Source: an uncultured Sphingopyxis sp. (GTDB lineage: Bacteria; Pseudomonadota; Alphaproteobacteria; Sphingomonadales; Sphingomonadaceae). From it: a stretch of DNA of 42,484 bases. A model generated the notes under the pieces. The model had not been told where the DNA came from. It saw only the letters and a program-made list of their open reading frames with translations, and searched no databases. How positions within the stretch are numbered: position 1 is the stretch's first letter; each line of letters begins with the position of its first letter. Shown here one piece after another: positions 35,457 to 42,484 of the stretch. The translations under genes were made by a program, and so were the position numbers. The DNA is taken from the NCBI GenBank assembly GCA_963545025.1, contig CAUUIU010000001.1:1-42484 (forward strand). The letters are read 5' to 3'.

Positions 35457-35950
35457 CCTGCCCTCCGCAGCCCGTCAGGCAGGTTCGCGCGCCACCGGCG
35501 CATCTCGACCTCATTCTGGTCCTCGATCAAGGCGCGGGCCTCTGCGGCCGCGAGACGCTTGATCCGCACGAGATGGAGATAGGCGTCGCGAAGGTGTGGC
35601 GGACACCATGCCAACCGCGTCGCGCTGCTCGATCGTGCCGCCTTCGCCCGTACCTCGGGCAGGCGAGCGCTAAGCGTCCCGACCTCCCACATGCGCCGCT
35701 CGACGAAATGGCGGGTGCGGCGATGATTTACGTCGGGATCGTCCCCGAGATGCTTTGCGCGTCGGCGCAGGTCGTCAAGATAAGCCGGGTCCGTGGCGTA
35801 TCTGCGCCGGATGCCCTGGCGCATCCGGTCCACGTAGCCCGGTTGCTTGCGGTTGAACTCGATGACGTGCGCGCGGCAATAGCCGGTCGAGTTCTGGCGG
35901 CTCAACGGCGCTTCGCAGGTGTGGCAGATGGCGGATTGGTTCGGGGTCAC
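35453..35950 (-). CDS. Basic Zn-finger protein
   Basis: GTG 35950; CHTC...TGYCRAH; Arg-rich. Confidence 0.65.
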   Translation of the reverse strand: MTPNQSAICHTCEAPLSRQNSTGYCRAHVIEFNRKQPGYVDRMRQGIRRRYATDPAYLDDLRRRAKHLGDDPDVNHRRTRHFVERRMWEVGTLSARLPEVRAKAARSSSATRLAWCPPHLRDAYLHLVRIKRLAAAEARALIEDQNEVEMRRWRANLPDGLRRAG

Positions 35951-36243
35951 AGCGCGGGCTCCCGAACAGGAGCGCCGGTCATCTGCTCGATGACTTCGCG
36001 GTCGAACTCGTCGGGGGCGTGATCGTCCAGCTTTTTGAACAAACCGCTGTGCAGGCCGGGATATCGGCCGCCGCGAACGCCTTGGAGCACGAGGGCAACC
36101 ACGCCGTCGTACTTGGGACCGGTGCCGACATAGATATCCTCGACGACATAGATGCGGCCGACAGCGACTATGCTGCAAAACCCGAACCCGGCAATCTCGC
36201 GGGTAACACACAGCGCCAGATCGCCCACCTGCCAATCAGACAT
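35947..36243 (-). CDS. Hypothetical protein
   Basis: AAGGAG SD; WQVGDLALCV...FKKL pattern. Confidence 0.7.
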   Translation of the reverse strand: MSDWQVGDLALCVTREIAGFGFCSIVAVGRIYVVEDIYVGTGPKYDGVVALVLQGVRGGRYPGLHSGLFKKLDDHAPDEFDREVIEQMTGAPVREPAL

Positions 36244-36421
36244 TGCGCGGCTCCTTCATCCACTTGAGCACCTGATCCGGCGTCGCCCCGACCGAGCGCG
36301 AAACAGCCGCGGCAATGCGCTGGTCCGACATCGGATGGCTTGCCTCGACAGCGCGGGCTCTCTCGACGTGCTGCAGCGCGAGCGTGCGCTGGAAGGATTT
36401 TTGATCGGGGGTCAGGGTCAT
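36236..36421 (-). CDS. Small hypothetical protein
   Basis: ATGA-coupled to the MTase alpha stop. Confidence 0.6.
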   Translation of the reverse strand: MTLTPDQKSFQRTLALQHVERARAVEASHPMSDQRIAAAVSRSVGATPDQVLKWMKEPRNV

Positions 36422-37731
36422 GCTGCGTTGTCCATCAGAATAGTTCCCGCTGCTCTTGAGCGGGGATCGTCGAGAAGAGCATCGAGACGAAGGAAGGCAT
36501 AAGCAGCCACCACCGGGTCCACGCCGTTTCCTGTCGCGCGAAGCCGCTCAACCCGGTTGGCCAGCGCATCAATGCCTCGACGAAGATGGGATTGAGCTTC
36601 CTCTTCACTGAGGGCTGGTTGGAGTTCGGGGAATCGGTCGAGGACGTCGATCCAGCCGCGATTATCGGCTGGTCCAGGGATGACGGCGGGTGGAAGAATT
36701 GCTCGGCCTGATACGACAGGATGTCCGCCCTTGACTTGCCGTCCTGCCGGATGATGCTGCCCTCGCTGCTGCCCTTGTGGTTCTGCGCCGCTGGGCCTGC
36801 CCAGCGCGCCGCCTGCGACGGCAGCGGCAGGTCGCCCTTGCTGCCCCGCATGTTCGGCCCCGCTTTTTCCGCGTCCGATGCTTTCGGCCCCGACCATTTG
36901 CTCGTTTGCGTCACCAGCGAATGCTGACCCGCCTTGTCCTGATACTCCGAGTTGCCGCCCCGGGTGCTGGTCGATCCGCGCTTGCTGTCGCCGGCCATTG
37001 GGGCACGCCATTCGGATGCCGGTGCCGTCGCAGTTTCCGCATCGGGCGGATAGTCCGCCGGGGAAATAGGGGCCCTGCCGTCCTTCACCGCCGCAAGCAA
37101 AGCATCGGCGAGGCTCATAGCCTGCCGCGGGAAGTCGCTGTTGCCGGCTGCGTTGTTCTTCTCGGTCGCCGCAGCGCCCGCCTGCGGCCCCGGCCACGCC
37201 TCGTCGCGCGAGGATGAACAATCGCTCCCTTCGCATCGTATTTCCGGTTTCGGCCGAGCTGAATATTCCGACCGCAATGCGGCAGCCCAGTCGCTCCAGT
37301 GCCGGGATAGCGATGGCAAGCTGCCCGTCGGCGTTCCCCGGCACGTTCTCGCGGAAGAAGGTAGGAGCCCCGCTTTGATCGAAGATGTCGATGGCGCGAT
37401 CGAGCAGCCAGCGATCGTCGAGTTCGCCGCGGCGCTTTCCGGCGACGCTGTTGCCCTGGCACGGGTCGCCCGAAGTGACGATATCCACGCATCCGCGAAA
37501 CGGTCGGCCGTCGAAGGTTCGAGCGTCAGACCAGACAGGTGCGTGATGAAGCCACCCCGCTTCCATCGACGCGACCAGGCTGGCGGCTGCTCCAGCTTCC
37601 CTCTCCACGTAACAGACGCCGCGCACAGCCTGTCCGCGATGATGGTGGGCGAGTTGCAATCCAAGCTCGAGCCCGCCGACGCCGGCGCAGATGGCGAGGG
37701 CGTTGACGGTGTCGGGGGGAGATAGAGCCAC
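36418..37731 (-). CDS. C5-cytosine DNA methyltransferase, alpha chain (motifs I-VIII and X)
   Basis: GTG 37731; AICAGVGG (I), YVE (II), GDPCQGNSVAG (IV), RENVPG (VI), RRERLF (VIII), RLRATGNGV (X); motif IX absent. Confidence 0.85.
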   Translation of the reverse strand: MALSPPDTVNALAICAGVGGLELGLQLAHHHRGQAVRGVCYVEREAGAAASLVASMEAGWLHHAPVWSDARTFDGRPFRGCVDIVTSGDPCQGNSVAGKRRGELDDRWLLDRAIDIFDQSGAPTFFRENVPGNADGQLAIAIPALERLGCRIAVGIFSSAETGNTMRRERLFILARRGVAGAAGGRCGDREEQRSRQQRLPAAGYEPRRCFACGGEGRQGPYFPGGLSARCGNCDGTGIRMACPNGRRQQARIDQHPGRQLGVSGQGGSAFAGDANEQMVGAESIGRGKSGAEHAGQQGRPAAAVAGGALGRPSGAEPQGQQRGQHHPAGRQVKGGHPVVSGRAILPPAVIPGPADNRGWIDVLDRFPELQPALSEEEAQSHLRRGIDALANRVERLRATGNGVDPVVAAYAFLRLDALLDDPRSRAAGTILMDNAA

Positions 37732-37733
37732 AT
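36435..37733 (-). CDS. C5 methyltransferase beta chain in the overlapping frame (TRD-like repeats and motif IX)
   Basis: ATG 37733 abuts the upstream TGA; four W-x-x-P-x-A repeats; RKLNPIFVEALMRWPTG resembles motif IX. Confidence 0.72.
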   Translation of the reverse strand: MWLYLPPTPSTPSPSAPASAGSSLDCNSPTIIADRLCAASVTWRGKLEQPPAWSRRWKRGGFITHLSGLTLEPSTADRFADAWISSLRATRARATASPESAAANSTIAGCSIAPSTSSIKAGLLPSSARTCRGTPTGSLPSLSRHWSDWAAALRSEYSARPKPEIRCEGSDCSSSRDEAWPGPQAGAAATEKNNAAGNSDFPRQAMSLADALLAAVKDGRAPISPADYPPDAETATAPASEWRAPMAGDSKRGSTSTRGGNSEYQDKAGQHSLVTQTSKWSGPKASDAEKAGPNMRGSKGDLPLPSQAARWAGPAAQNHKGSSEGSIIRQDGKSRADILSYQAEQFFHPPSSLDQPIIAAGSTSSTDSPNSNQPSVKRKLNPIFVEALMRWPTGLSGFARQETAWTRWWLLMPSFVSMLFSTIPAQEQRELF

Positions 37734-38267
37734 TCAAAGCTGCACCCCCGCGATGAGCGGCGGATCCTTGCGCCACACCGGCACGATGTTCTCGAGGCTC
37801 AGGCCATGGTCGAGGATGTGCAGCGCATCCGCCTCGTTGTCGTTGCCGGGCTTCATGCCGAGTTCGCGGGCGGTGCGGATCGACAGCGCCTTCCATTCGG
37901 CACTGGTCAGCCGCTTCCGCTCGGGATTGAGCTGCGTCGCCTTCCACGCGCGGTTGTTCGCCTCGTGGCAGCGCACGCGCTTGCATTTGAAATAGAACTC
38001 GACGAGCGCCGCGAGAGCATTGGCCATGCGGTTGTTCGTCTCGTTGGTCTGGGCATCACCGCGCAGGGGCGATTCGTAATAGACGACATCGGGATCGCCG
38101 AACGCGCAGGCCTCGTTGAGGCGCTGATACAGGGCGACCATCACGGCCGCACGGTCGGTATAGGCGCTGCCGAGTTGCCACGTCCCGAAGGTCGGGCGCG
38201 CTTCGCCTTCACGATAGCGCGCCCAGCCCGTTCCGCTCTTGCTCAAGTCCAGGGAGAGGATGTCCAT
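37734..38267 (-). CDS. RuvC-like Holliday junction resolvase
   Basis: ILSLDLSKSGTGWA...VYYESP...WK...NDNEADAL. Confidence 0.85.
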   Translation of the reverse strand: MDILSLDLSKSGTGWARYREGEARPTFGTWQLGSAYTDRAAVMVALYQRLNEACAFGDPDVVYYESPLRGDAQTNETNNRMANALAALVEFYFKCKRVRCHEANNRAWKATQLNPERKRLTSAEWKALSIRTARELGMKPGNDNEADALHILDHGLSLENIVPVWRKDPPLIAGVQL

Positions 38268-38271
38268 CGGG

Positions 38272-38655
38272 TCAGTGAACCGGGGGAAGATCGACTTGGG
38301 GAGCCGCGCCGGACGGCACGACCTCGAGATCGGCGGCATTGATGCCCTGCATCAGGTCGACAGCATCAGCGTGAAGCGTCACGCCGCGCTGCTGCAGCCC
38401 GACCTTGAACGAACGAAGCCATGCCTGCTGGTCGGCTTCTTCCATCTCGGCGACCTGCATCGCCTTGTGATAGCCGCCCTTGTGGACGCGGCATTCGCCC
38501 TTGATCGCTTTCCAGGCGTCGCCGGCTTCCTTCATTGCCTGCTTCTGGGCCTTGTGCGCGGGCTTCACGTCTTCGTTATAGATCCGCTGCGCCTTCTCGA
38601 AATCGGGCGGCGTGATCGGGCCGCCGTTCTGGCCGCCCTTGTCCTTCTTCGCCAT
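38272..38655 (-). CDS. Hypothetical helical protein, possibly GapR/DUF2312-like
   Basis: AAGGAG SD; helical pattern loosely like GapR; family call is weak. Confidence 0.5.
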   Translation of the reverse strand: MAKKDKGGQNGGPITPPDFEKAQRIYNEDVKPAHKAQKQAMKEAGDAWKAIKGECRVHKGGYHKAMQVAEMEEADQQAWLRSFKVGLQQRGVTLHADAVDLMQGINAADLEVVPSGAAPQVDLPPVH

Positions 38656-38656
38656 C

Positions 38657-39157
38657 TCAGGCTCCTTTCATCATCGGCAGGGAAACAGGGGCGCGAGCTG
38701 CCGGGCCTCGCGAAGACAAGGGTGGGGTCGAGCCGAAGCCCTCCCCCGCAGGGACCGACGAGGCGCGTTCTCCCCGCGTCTCGTCGGCCAGTGGGTGGTT
38801 CAGGGCTTTGCGAGCCGCGCGCAGGGCAGCGACTTCGGCCTCGATCTCGGACCGCGGGCGCGGCGGATTGGGTGCGGCATTGCGGAGGCGTTCGACCGTG
38901 GCGGCGCGCATGGCTTCCACTGCCTCGTCGATCCGGTGAGCCGCACGACCGGCGCGGACATGCTGGTCATGGATCGCGTCGAGACGGGCCTCAGCGCGCA
39001 GGCGGGCGGCGCGATCGGCCTCGGCTGCCTCGCTCGTCAGCGTCAGCGCATCCCGTGTTGCACGGTGGCGGCGCTTCTCCCCGCTCAGGAGGAGGATGAA
39101 CGGGAGCGCGCCCGCAGCGCAGGACAATGCGCAGGCCAAGGCGAGAGAGGCCGTCAT
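38657..39157 (-). CDS. Membrane-anchored hypothetical protein
   Basis: N-terminal hydrophobic helix, then Ala/Arg-rich coiled coil. Confidence 0.6.
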   Translation of the reverse strand: MTASLALACALSCAAGALPFILLLSGEKRRHRATRDALTLTSEAAEADRAARLRAEARLDAIHDQHVRAGRAAHRIDEAVEAMRAATVERLRNAAPNPPRPRSEIEAEVAALRAARKALNHPLADETRGERASSVPAGEGFGSTPPLSSRGPAARAPVSLPMMKGA

Positions 39158-40431
39158 GCGAACATCTCATGCTGCGCACCATGGTCGACAGGGAAGGATG
39201 CGACAGTCGCATTGATTAGGTCGTCGACCGGGATACCAAGGCGAACGCCGATATCACGGACGTGGTTTTCGTCGGCCTCGATCGAGAGCGACTGCATCCC
39301 CGCCGCGCGAGCCGCGACAGCCGTCGTGCCAGTGCCGGCGAAAGGATCGAGCACGAGGCCACCGGGCGGGCAAATCAACTCGACCAACCATTGCATAAGC
39401 GAAGGCGGCTTGACGGTCGGGTGCGTGCGCAAGTCGTCGTGACCGCATTCGGGCTTGCCGACCGAGTGAGCGCCGCACTCCCTGCATTCGAAGATGCGCT
39501 CACCCTGCGTTGCCTTCGATGAATAGAAGAAGCGGGCGGCAGTGCCGGAATCACCCTGAAAGGTCGAAGCGTCGGGGTCGGCGCTGCCGCCCGAGAAGCC
39601 GCCATATACATTGCGGCCCGCGTCAGGCTGGCGGGCAGTGACCGGGGCGATCGCGCCGCGCTCTCCGAACTCGGCAAAGGCCGCGAGCACTTCCTCGCTG
39701 CCGTCGTGGATCACGTTGGCGGGCCAGCGGCCTTTGGGATTGGGCGGGACGTTTTGAGGCAGACGCCTGAACTCAGACAGTGTGCCGCGCTGATTCGGTG
39801 AATATTTCTCGCCCGAATTGTCGCGATAGTGCGACCAAAGTTTGCCAGCGCCCGCCTTCAACTCTTCCTCAGTGGGCACACGGGAGGCATCTACATTGAT
39901 GGCCCCGACGCCCCAGCGCGCGACGTTGGTGGCGATGCTGTCCTCGCTGATCGGCTTCTGCGCGAAGACGATAGGCTCGATCGCGGGCTTCAGCGCGGTA
40001 CCCCACCCATCCCAGTCGCCGTCGAGATTATGGGACTTCGGAAAGCCCGTGCCGTACAGCCAGGCGAGCATGTCGCGGATTTCGAAACCCGCATCCTCGA
40101 TCGCGCAGGCCATCCGATGATACCCCTTGGTCGCGGCGAAGGCGACGAGGTGCGCGCCGGGCTTCATCACGTCGAACACCCGGCGCCATGTGTCGGGGCG
40201 GAACGCGACATCGCCGCCGTCCCACTGCTGCCCCATGAAGCCGGTCGACGATCGCGCGTAGACGCCGGTGACGCCCGACTGGATCGGCGCGGCGTCGGCG
40301 CTACCAAGGCGCGCGACGATGCTGGCGAGATGATACGGGGGATCGGCTGCCACGGCGTCGACGAGCACACCCGCGCGCGCAAGGTCACGCAGAACGGTCG
40401 TACAGTCGCCATGGATCACCCGGTGCGACAT
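39154..40431 (-). CDS. DNA amino-methyltransferase (N6A/N4C, beta class)
   Basis: ATG 40431; HGDC...DPPY (IV)...GRWPAN...HPTVKP...VLDPFAGTGTT (I). Confidence 0.93.
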   Translation of the reverse strand: MSHRVIHGDCTTVLRDLARAGVLVDAVAADPPYHLASIVARLGSADAAPIQSGVTGVYARSSTGFMGQQWDGGDVAFRPDTWRRVFDVMKPGAHLVAFAATKGYHRMACAIEDAGFEIRDMLAWLYGTGFPKSHNLDGDWDGWGTALKPAIEPIVFAQKPISEDSIATNVARWGVGAINVDASRVPTEEELKAGAGKLWSHYRDNSGEKYSPNQRGTLSEFRRLPQNVPPNPKGRWPANVIHDGSEEVLAAFAEFGERGAIAPVTARQPDAGRNVYGGFSGGSADPDASTFQGDSGTAARFFYSSKATQGERIFECRECGAHSVGKPECGHDDLRTHPTVKPPSLMQWLVELICPPGGLVLDPFAGTGTTAVAARAAGMQSLSIEADENHVRDIGVRLGIPVDDLINATVASFPVDHGAQHEMFA

Positions 40432-40919
40432 CAGCCGAACTTCGCCTGCGCGCGGCGCTCGATGGCCTTCGCATACCGCTCGCGCAGATAGTCGACGAGT
40501 CCGCCGACGACCTCGATGAACGGGTGCATGGCGACGATTTCCTCGTCGTCGAGCTGCTGGTCGAGCATCGCCTGCTGCAGCGAGGCCGACAGATGCGTCA
40601 TGCCGAGGAGCAGGTGCGGGACATCGCCGACATTGCGGGCCGCCTGCTCTTCGACGTGCAGGTTGAACAGGGCCATCACCGGGTTGGCAAAGCGGCCGTT
40701 CCACGTGTTGCAGGCGCGCAGGAAGGTCGGAGCGTCCATGGTCGCCGAGCCCTCGCAATATTTCGCGGCCTGATCGTCGCTGCGACCGATCGCGCTGCCG
40801 AGTTCGGCATAGGTCAGCTTGTCCTCATCCTTGATCGTGGAGAGGGTGGCGGCAATTTGCTCGACCAGCTTTGAAGCGGGAACATAGCCCCGCGCACCGT
40901 GGATCAGCGGGTTACGCAT
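40431..40919 (-). CDS. CII-like regulator
   Basis: GGGAG SD; HTH-like LTYAELGSAIGRSDDQAAKY; C-terminal DQQLDDEE; downstream of cro. Confidence 0.6.
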   Translation of the reverse strand: MRNPLIHGARGYVPASKLVEQIAATLSTIKDEDKLTYAELGSAIGRSDDQAAKYCEGSATMDAPTFLRACNTWNGRFANPVMALFNLHVEEQAARNVGDVPHLLLGMTHLSASLQQAMLDQQLDDEEIVAMHPFIEVVGGLVDYLRERYAKAIERRAQAKFG

Positions 40920-41205
40920 CAGTATCTCCCGCATCGTGAAAAAGCTTGGCCACCACCTTCCGCCCCTGGCGATGCACAACGCGATGGAAGTGCAGCGGCT
41001 CGACCAGCAGCGCGCCGTCGCCAATGTCGGTGACGAGGACCGGCGCGTTCAGCGCGCGGGCGCAAGCCTGCGAGATGCTGTCGCGAACCGGGGGGGGGTC
41101 TGGATGTGTAAGGTCAGCCCCAATGCCCGCGCCGACGGGGGGGGATATCGACGCGGGCACGCTCGGCGCGGATTCGCCAAGCTGGGGGGCAGGGGGCGGC
41201 ATCAT
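40912..41205 (-). CDS. Pro-rich hypothetical protein containing C homopolymer tracts
   Basis: 97-aa ORF whose end overlaps the cII-like start. Confidence 0.45.
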   Translation of the reverse strand: MMPPPAPQLGESAPSVPASISPPVGAGIGADLTHPDPPPVRDSISQACARALNAPVLVTDIGDGALLVEPLHFHRVVHRQGRKVVAKLFHDAGDTDA

Positions 41206-41231
41206 GCGAACACCGCGAAACAGGAGACGAT

Positions 41232-41483
41232 ATGGATATCGGCGCGCAGCAGATGGGCCTTGCGATCGTCACGGGGCTCAGGGATGCCGGCATCATCACG
41301 CCGCGCCAGATGGAGCGCGTGGGCCGGTCGATGGTCGAGTTCTTCAAGGAGCCGTCGAACATGCTCAGCCCGGCCGACCTTGAGGACCTGCGCGGAATCG
41401 CGGGCGACATCGTGCTCGAGAGCGGGGCACCCGCGCGCCGCTGCGACGGGTTCGACGAGATCCGGGAGGTGTGGACGGCGTGA
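41232..41483 (+). CDS. Counter-oriented hypothetical protein (83 aa)
   Basis: AGGAG SD before ATG 41232; protein-like composition. Confidence 0.6.
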   Translation: MDIGAQQMGLAIVTGLRDAGIITPRQMERVGRSMVEFFKEPSNMLSPADLEDLRGIAGDIVLESGAPARRCDGFDEIREVWTA

Positions 41484-41496
41484 CATGGGGGACGCA

Positions 41497-41524
41497 TTGA
41501 CGCGGGCGTGGGCATGCCTATCGT
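41497..41524 (+). promoter_or_regulatory. Sigma70-like promoter facing cro (antisense) and cI
   Basis: TTGACG, 16 nt, TATCGT. Confidence 0.6.
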
Positions 41525-41558
41525 GCCGGCCGACACCCGAAGCGGAAAGAGAACGAGA

Positions 41559-41837
41559 ATGGCTGAGAAGCAGCGAACCTACGGCAAGTTTGTCATGGCG
41601 GGCCAAGTCACTTCGGAACGCGCCGACGATATACTGGGCTGCCGCGTCGAGCTTGACGCCAAGGGGAAGCCTGACCTTGTGTCGATCCAGTTCCGTACGA
41701 CCGAAGGTTTCCGAGAGATCCAGATGGATTTTATTCAGGCGATGTTCGTGCTTTCCGGGCTCAAATGCATCCAGCTCGATACCAGCACGCCGTTCCCGGA
41801 CGATCCGCGCGGGGAGCGAAACAACCCGCTCTGCTGA
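41559..41837 (+). CDS. Counter-oriented hypothetical protein (92 aa, moron-like)
   Basis: ATG 41559 after a purine-rich leader and its own promoter; MAEKQRTYGKFVMAG... Confidence 0.6.
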   Translation: MAEKQRTYGKFVMAGQVTSERADDILGCRVELDAKGKPDLVSIQFRTTEGFREIQMDFIQAMFVLSGLKCIQLDTSTPFPDDPRGERNNPLC

Positions 41838-41855
41838 TGGTGAGATTGCCATCGG

Positions 41856-42068
41856 TCAGTTCGCCGAAGCTTTCGCGGGCGGCTCGGTGGGGTCTGCGGG
41901 CCATTCCTTGCCCTCGACCTGCGCCACCAACTTCAGGTGCGCCATGCGCGATGCGGGGATGCCGATCTTCCGCCAGCTATGGACGGTCGAGACTGGGGCG
42001 GAGATCAGCGAGGCGACGGCGGAGGTTCCGCCGAGCGCGTCGATGATGCTGTTTGCTTGGTGATCCAT
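41856..42068 (-). CDS. cro: Cro-like repressor
   Basis: IIDALGGTSAVASLISAPVSTVHSWRKIGIP HTH; divergent from cI. Confidence 0.85.
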   Translation of the reverse strand: MDHQANSIIDALGGTSAVASLISAPVSTVHSWRKIGIPASRMAHLKLVAQVEGKEWPADPTEPPAKASAN

Positions 42069-42076
42069 GAGCGGAG

Positions 42077-42157
42077 CTTATGCGATAATCGCAACCACAT
42101 CGCAACTACAAAATTGCGATAATCGCTTTTGCGATAGTCGCACGGCTATTGCACAAG
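42077..42157. promoter_or_regulatory. OR region: three operators with divergent PR and PRM-like promoters
   Basis: TGCGATAATCGCA (42081-93), TGCGATAATCGCT (42115-27), TGCGATAGTCGCA (42130-42); TTGCGA-N17-CATAAG on minus, TTGCGA-N17-CACAAG on plus. Confidence 0.85.
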
Positions 42158-42162
42158 GCCGC

Positions 42163-42436
42163 ATGACCAGAGACGAGCTCAATAGGATTCTCGATCAGCG
42201 CGAGGTGCAGAACGTCGTTCTCGCTGATTTGCTGAACATTGGCGCCGACAAGGTGAGCAAGTCACGGTCGCCCAAGGGCACCCGTCGATGGACCGCCGAA
42301 GAGGTGGCCAAGATATTGGCGTATCTCGACCGCGGGCAAGACCAGTCGAGGGAGCCTGAGCAGCCGATTCAAGCGACGAATACAGAATATGTCGCCGTCG
42401 AAGTTCTGCCGACCTATGCGGGCGCGGGCGGGGGTG
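42163..42436 (+). CDS. cI: CI-like repressor, N-terminal HTH and linker (partial; continues at 47)
   Basis: MTRDELNRILDQREVQNVVLADLLNIGADKVSKS...RRWTAEE...VEVLPTYAGAGGG, including the Ala-Gly cleavage region. Confidence 0.88.
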
Positions 42437-42484
42437 CTGTCTCTTATACACATCTCCGAGCCCACGAGACACTGAGCGATCTCG
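42437..42484 (-). other. Untrimmed Nextera i7 adapter (library artefact)
   Basis: CTGTCTCTTATACACATCTCCGAGCCCACGAGAC-ACTGAGCG-ATCTCG; same index as the left end. Confidence 0.99.

Noticed and set aside
41202..41852. 216-aa minus-strand ORF continuing the cro operon
   Set aside because: Shadow-like composition; the two + strand ORFs have better SD and promoter support, though it is not formally excluded
42179..42472. ORFs beginning MGSEMCIRD or MSRGLGDVYKRQ (also 18..392 start and 8..529 end)
   Set aside because: These peptides are translations of adapter sequence

Overview
The window is an essentially complete (~42.4 kb) genome of a temperate, P22-like podovirus. It is GC-rich and the host is probably an alphaproteobacterium (inferred from the tRNA-Val fragment and gene content). 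Both ends carry untrimmed Nextera adapter (1-46, 42437-42484). The contig opens inside the CI repressor gene and contains an intact attP, so it represents the circular or virion form, not a prophage. The + strand carries the cI C-terminus, a lipoprotein, the leftward early operon (YqaJ exonuclease, partner protein, Ref-like HNH, TGT/DpdA-like gene, xis, int), attP and a b-region-like gene set. The - strand carries cro, a cII-like gene, two DNA methyltransferases, a RuvC-like resolvase, replication genes, a late regulator, terminase, portal, scaffold, coat, a Tad1-like sponge, P22 gp4/gp10-like proteins, ejection proteins, tail appendages and lysis genes. Five features stand out. (1) A C5 methyltransferase is encoded as two ~430-aa chains in two fully overlapping same-strand frames, with motif IX and four TRD-like repeats in the alternate frame. 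(2) A TGT/DpdA-like gene is intact only after a +1 shift at TTT-CGA. (3) attP carries the 5' half of tRNA-Val(TAC) with its own promoter. (4) A four-copy late promoter, TCAGGGGAAATG-N20-TA, has a GcrA/Myb-like candidate activator. (5) A Tad1-like anti-defence gene sits in the head module. All assignments come from reading the sequence by eye; no searches were run.
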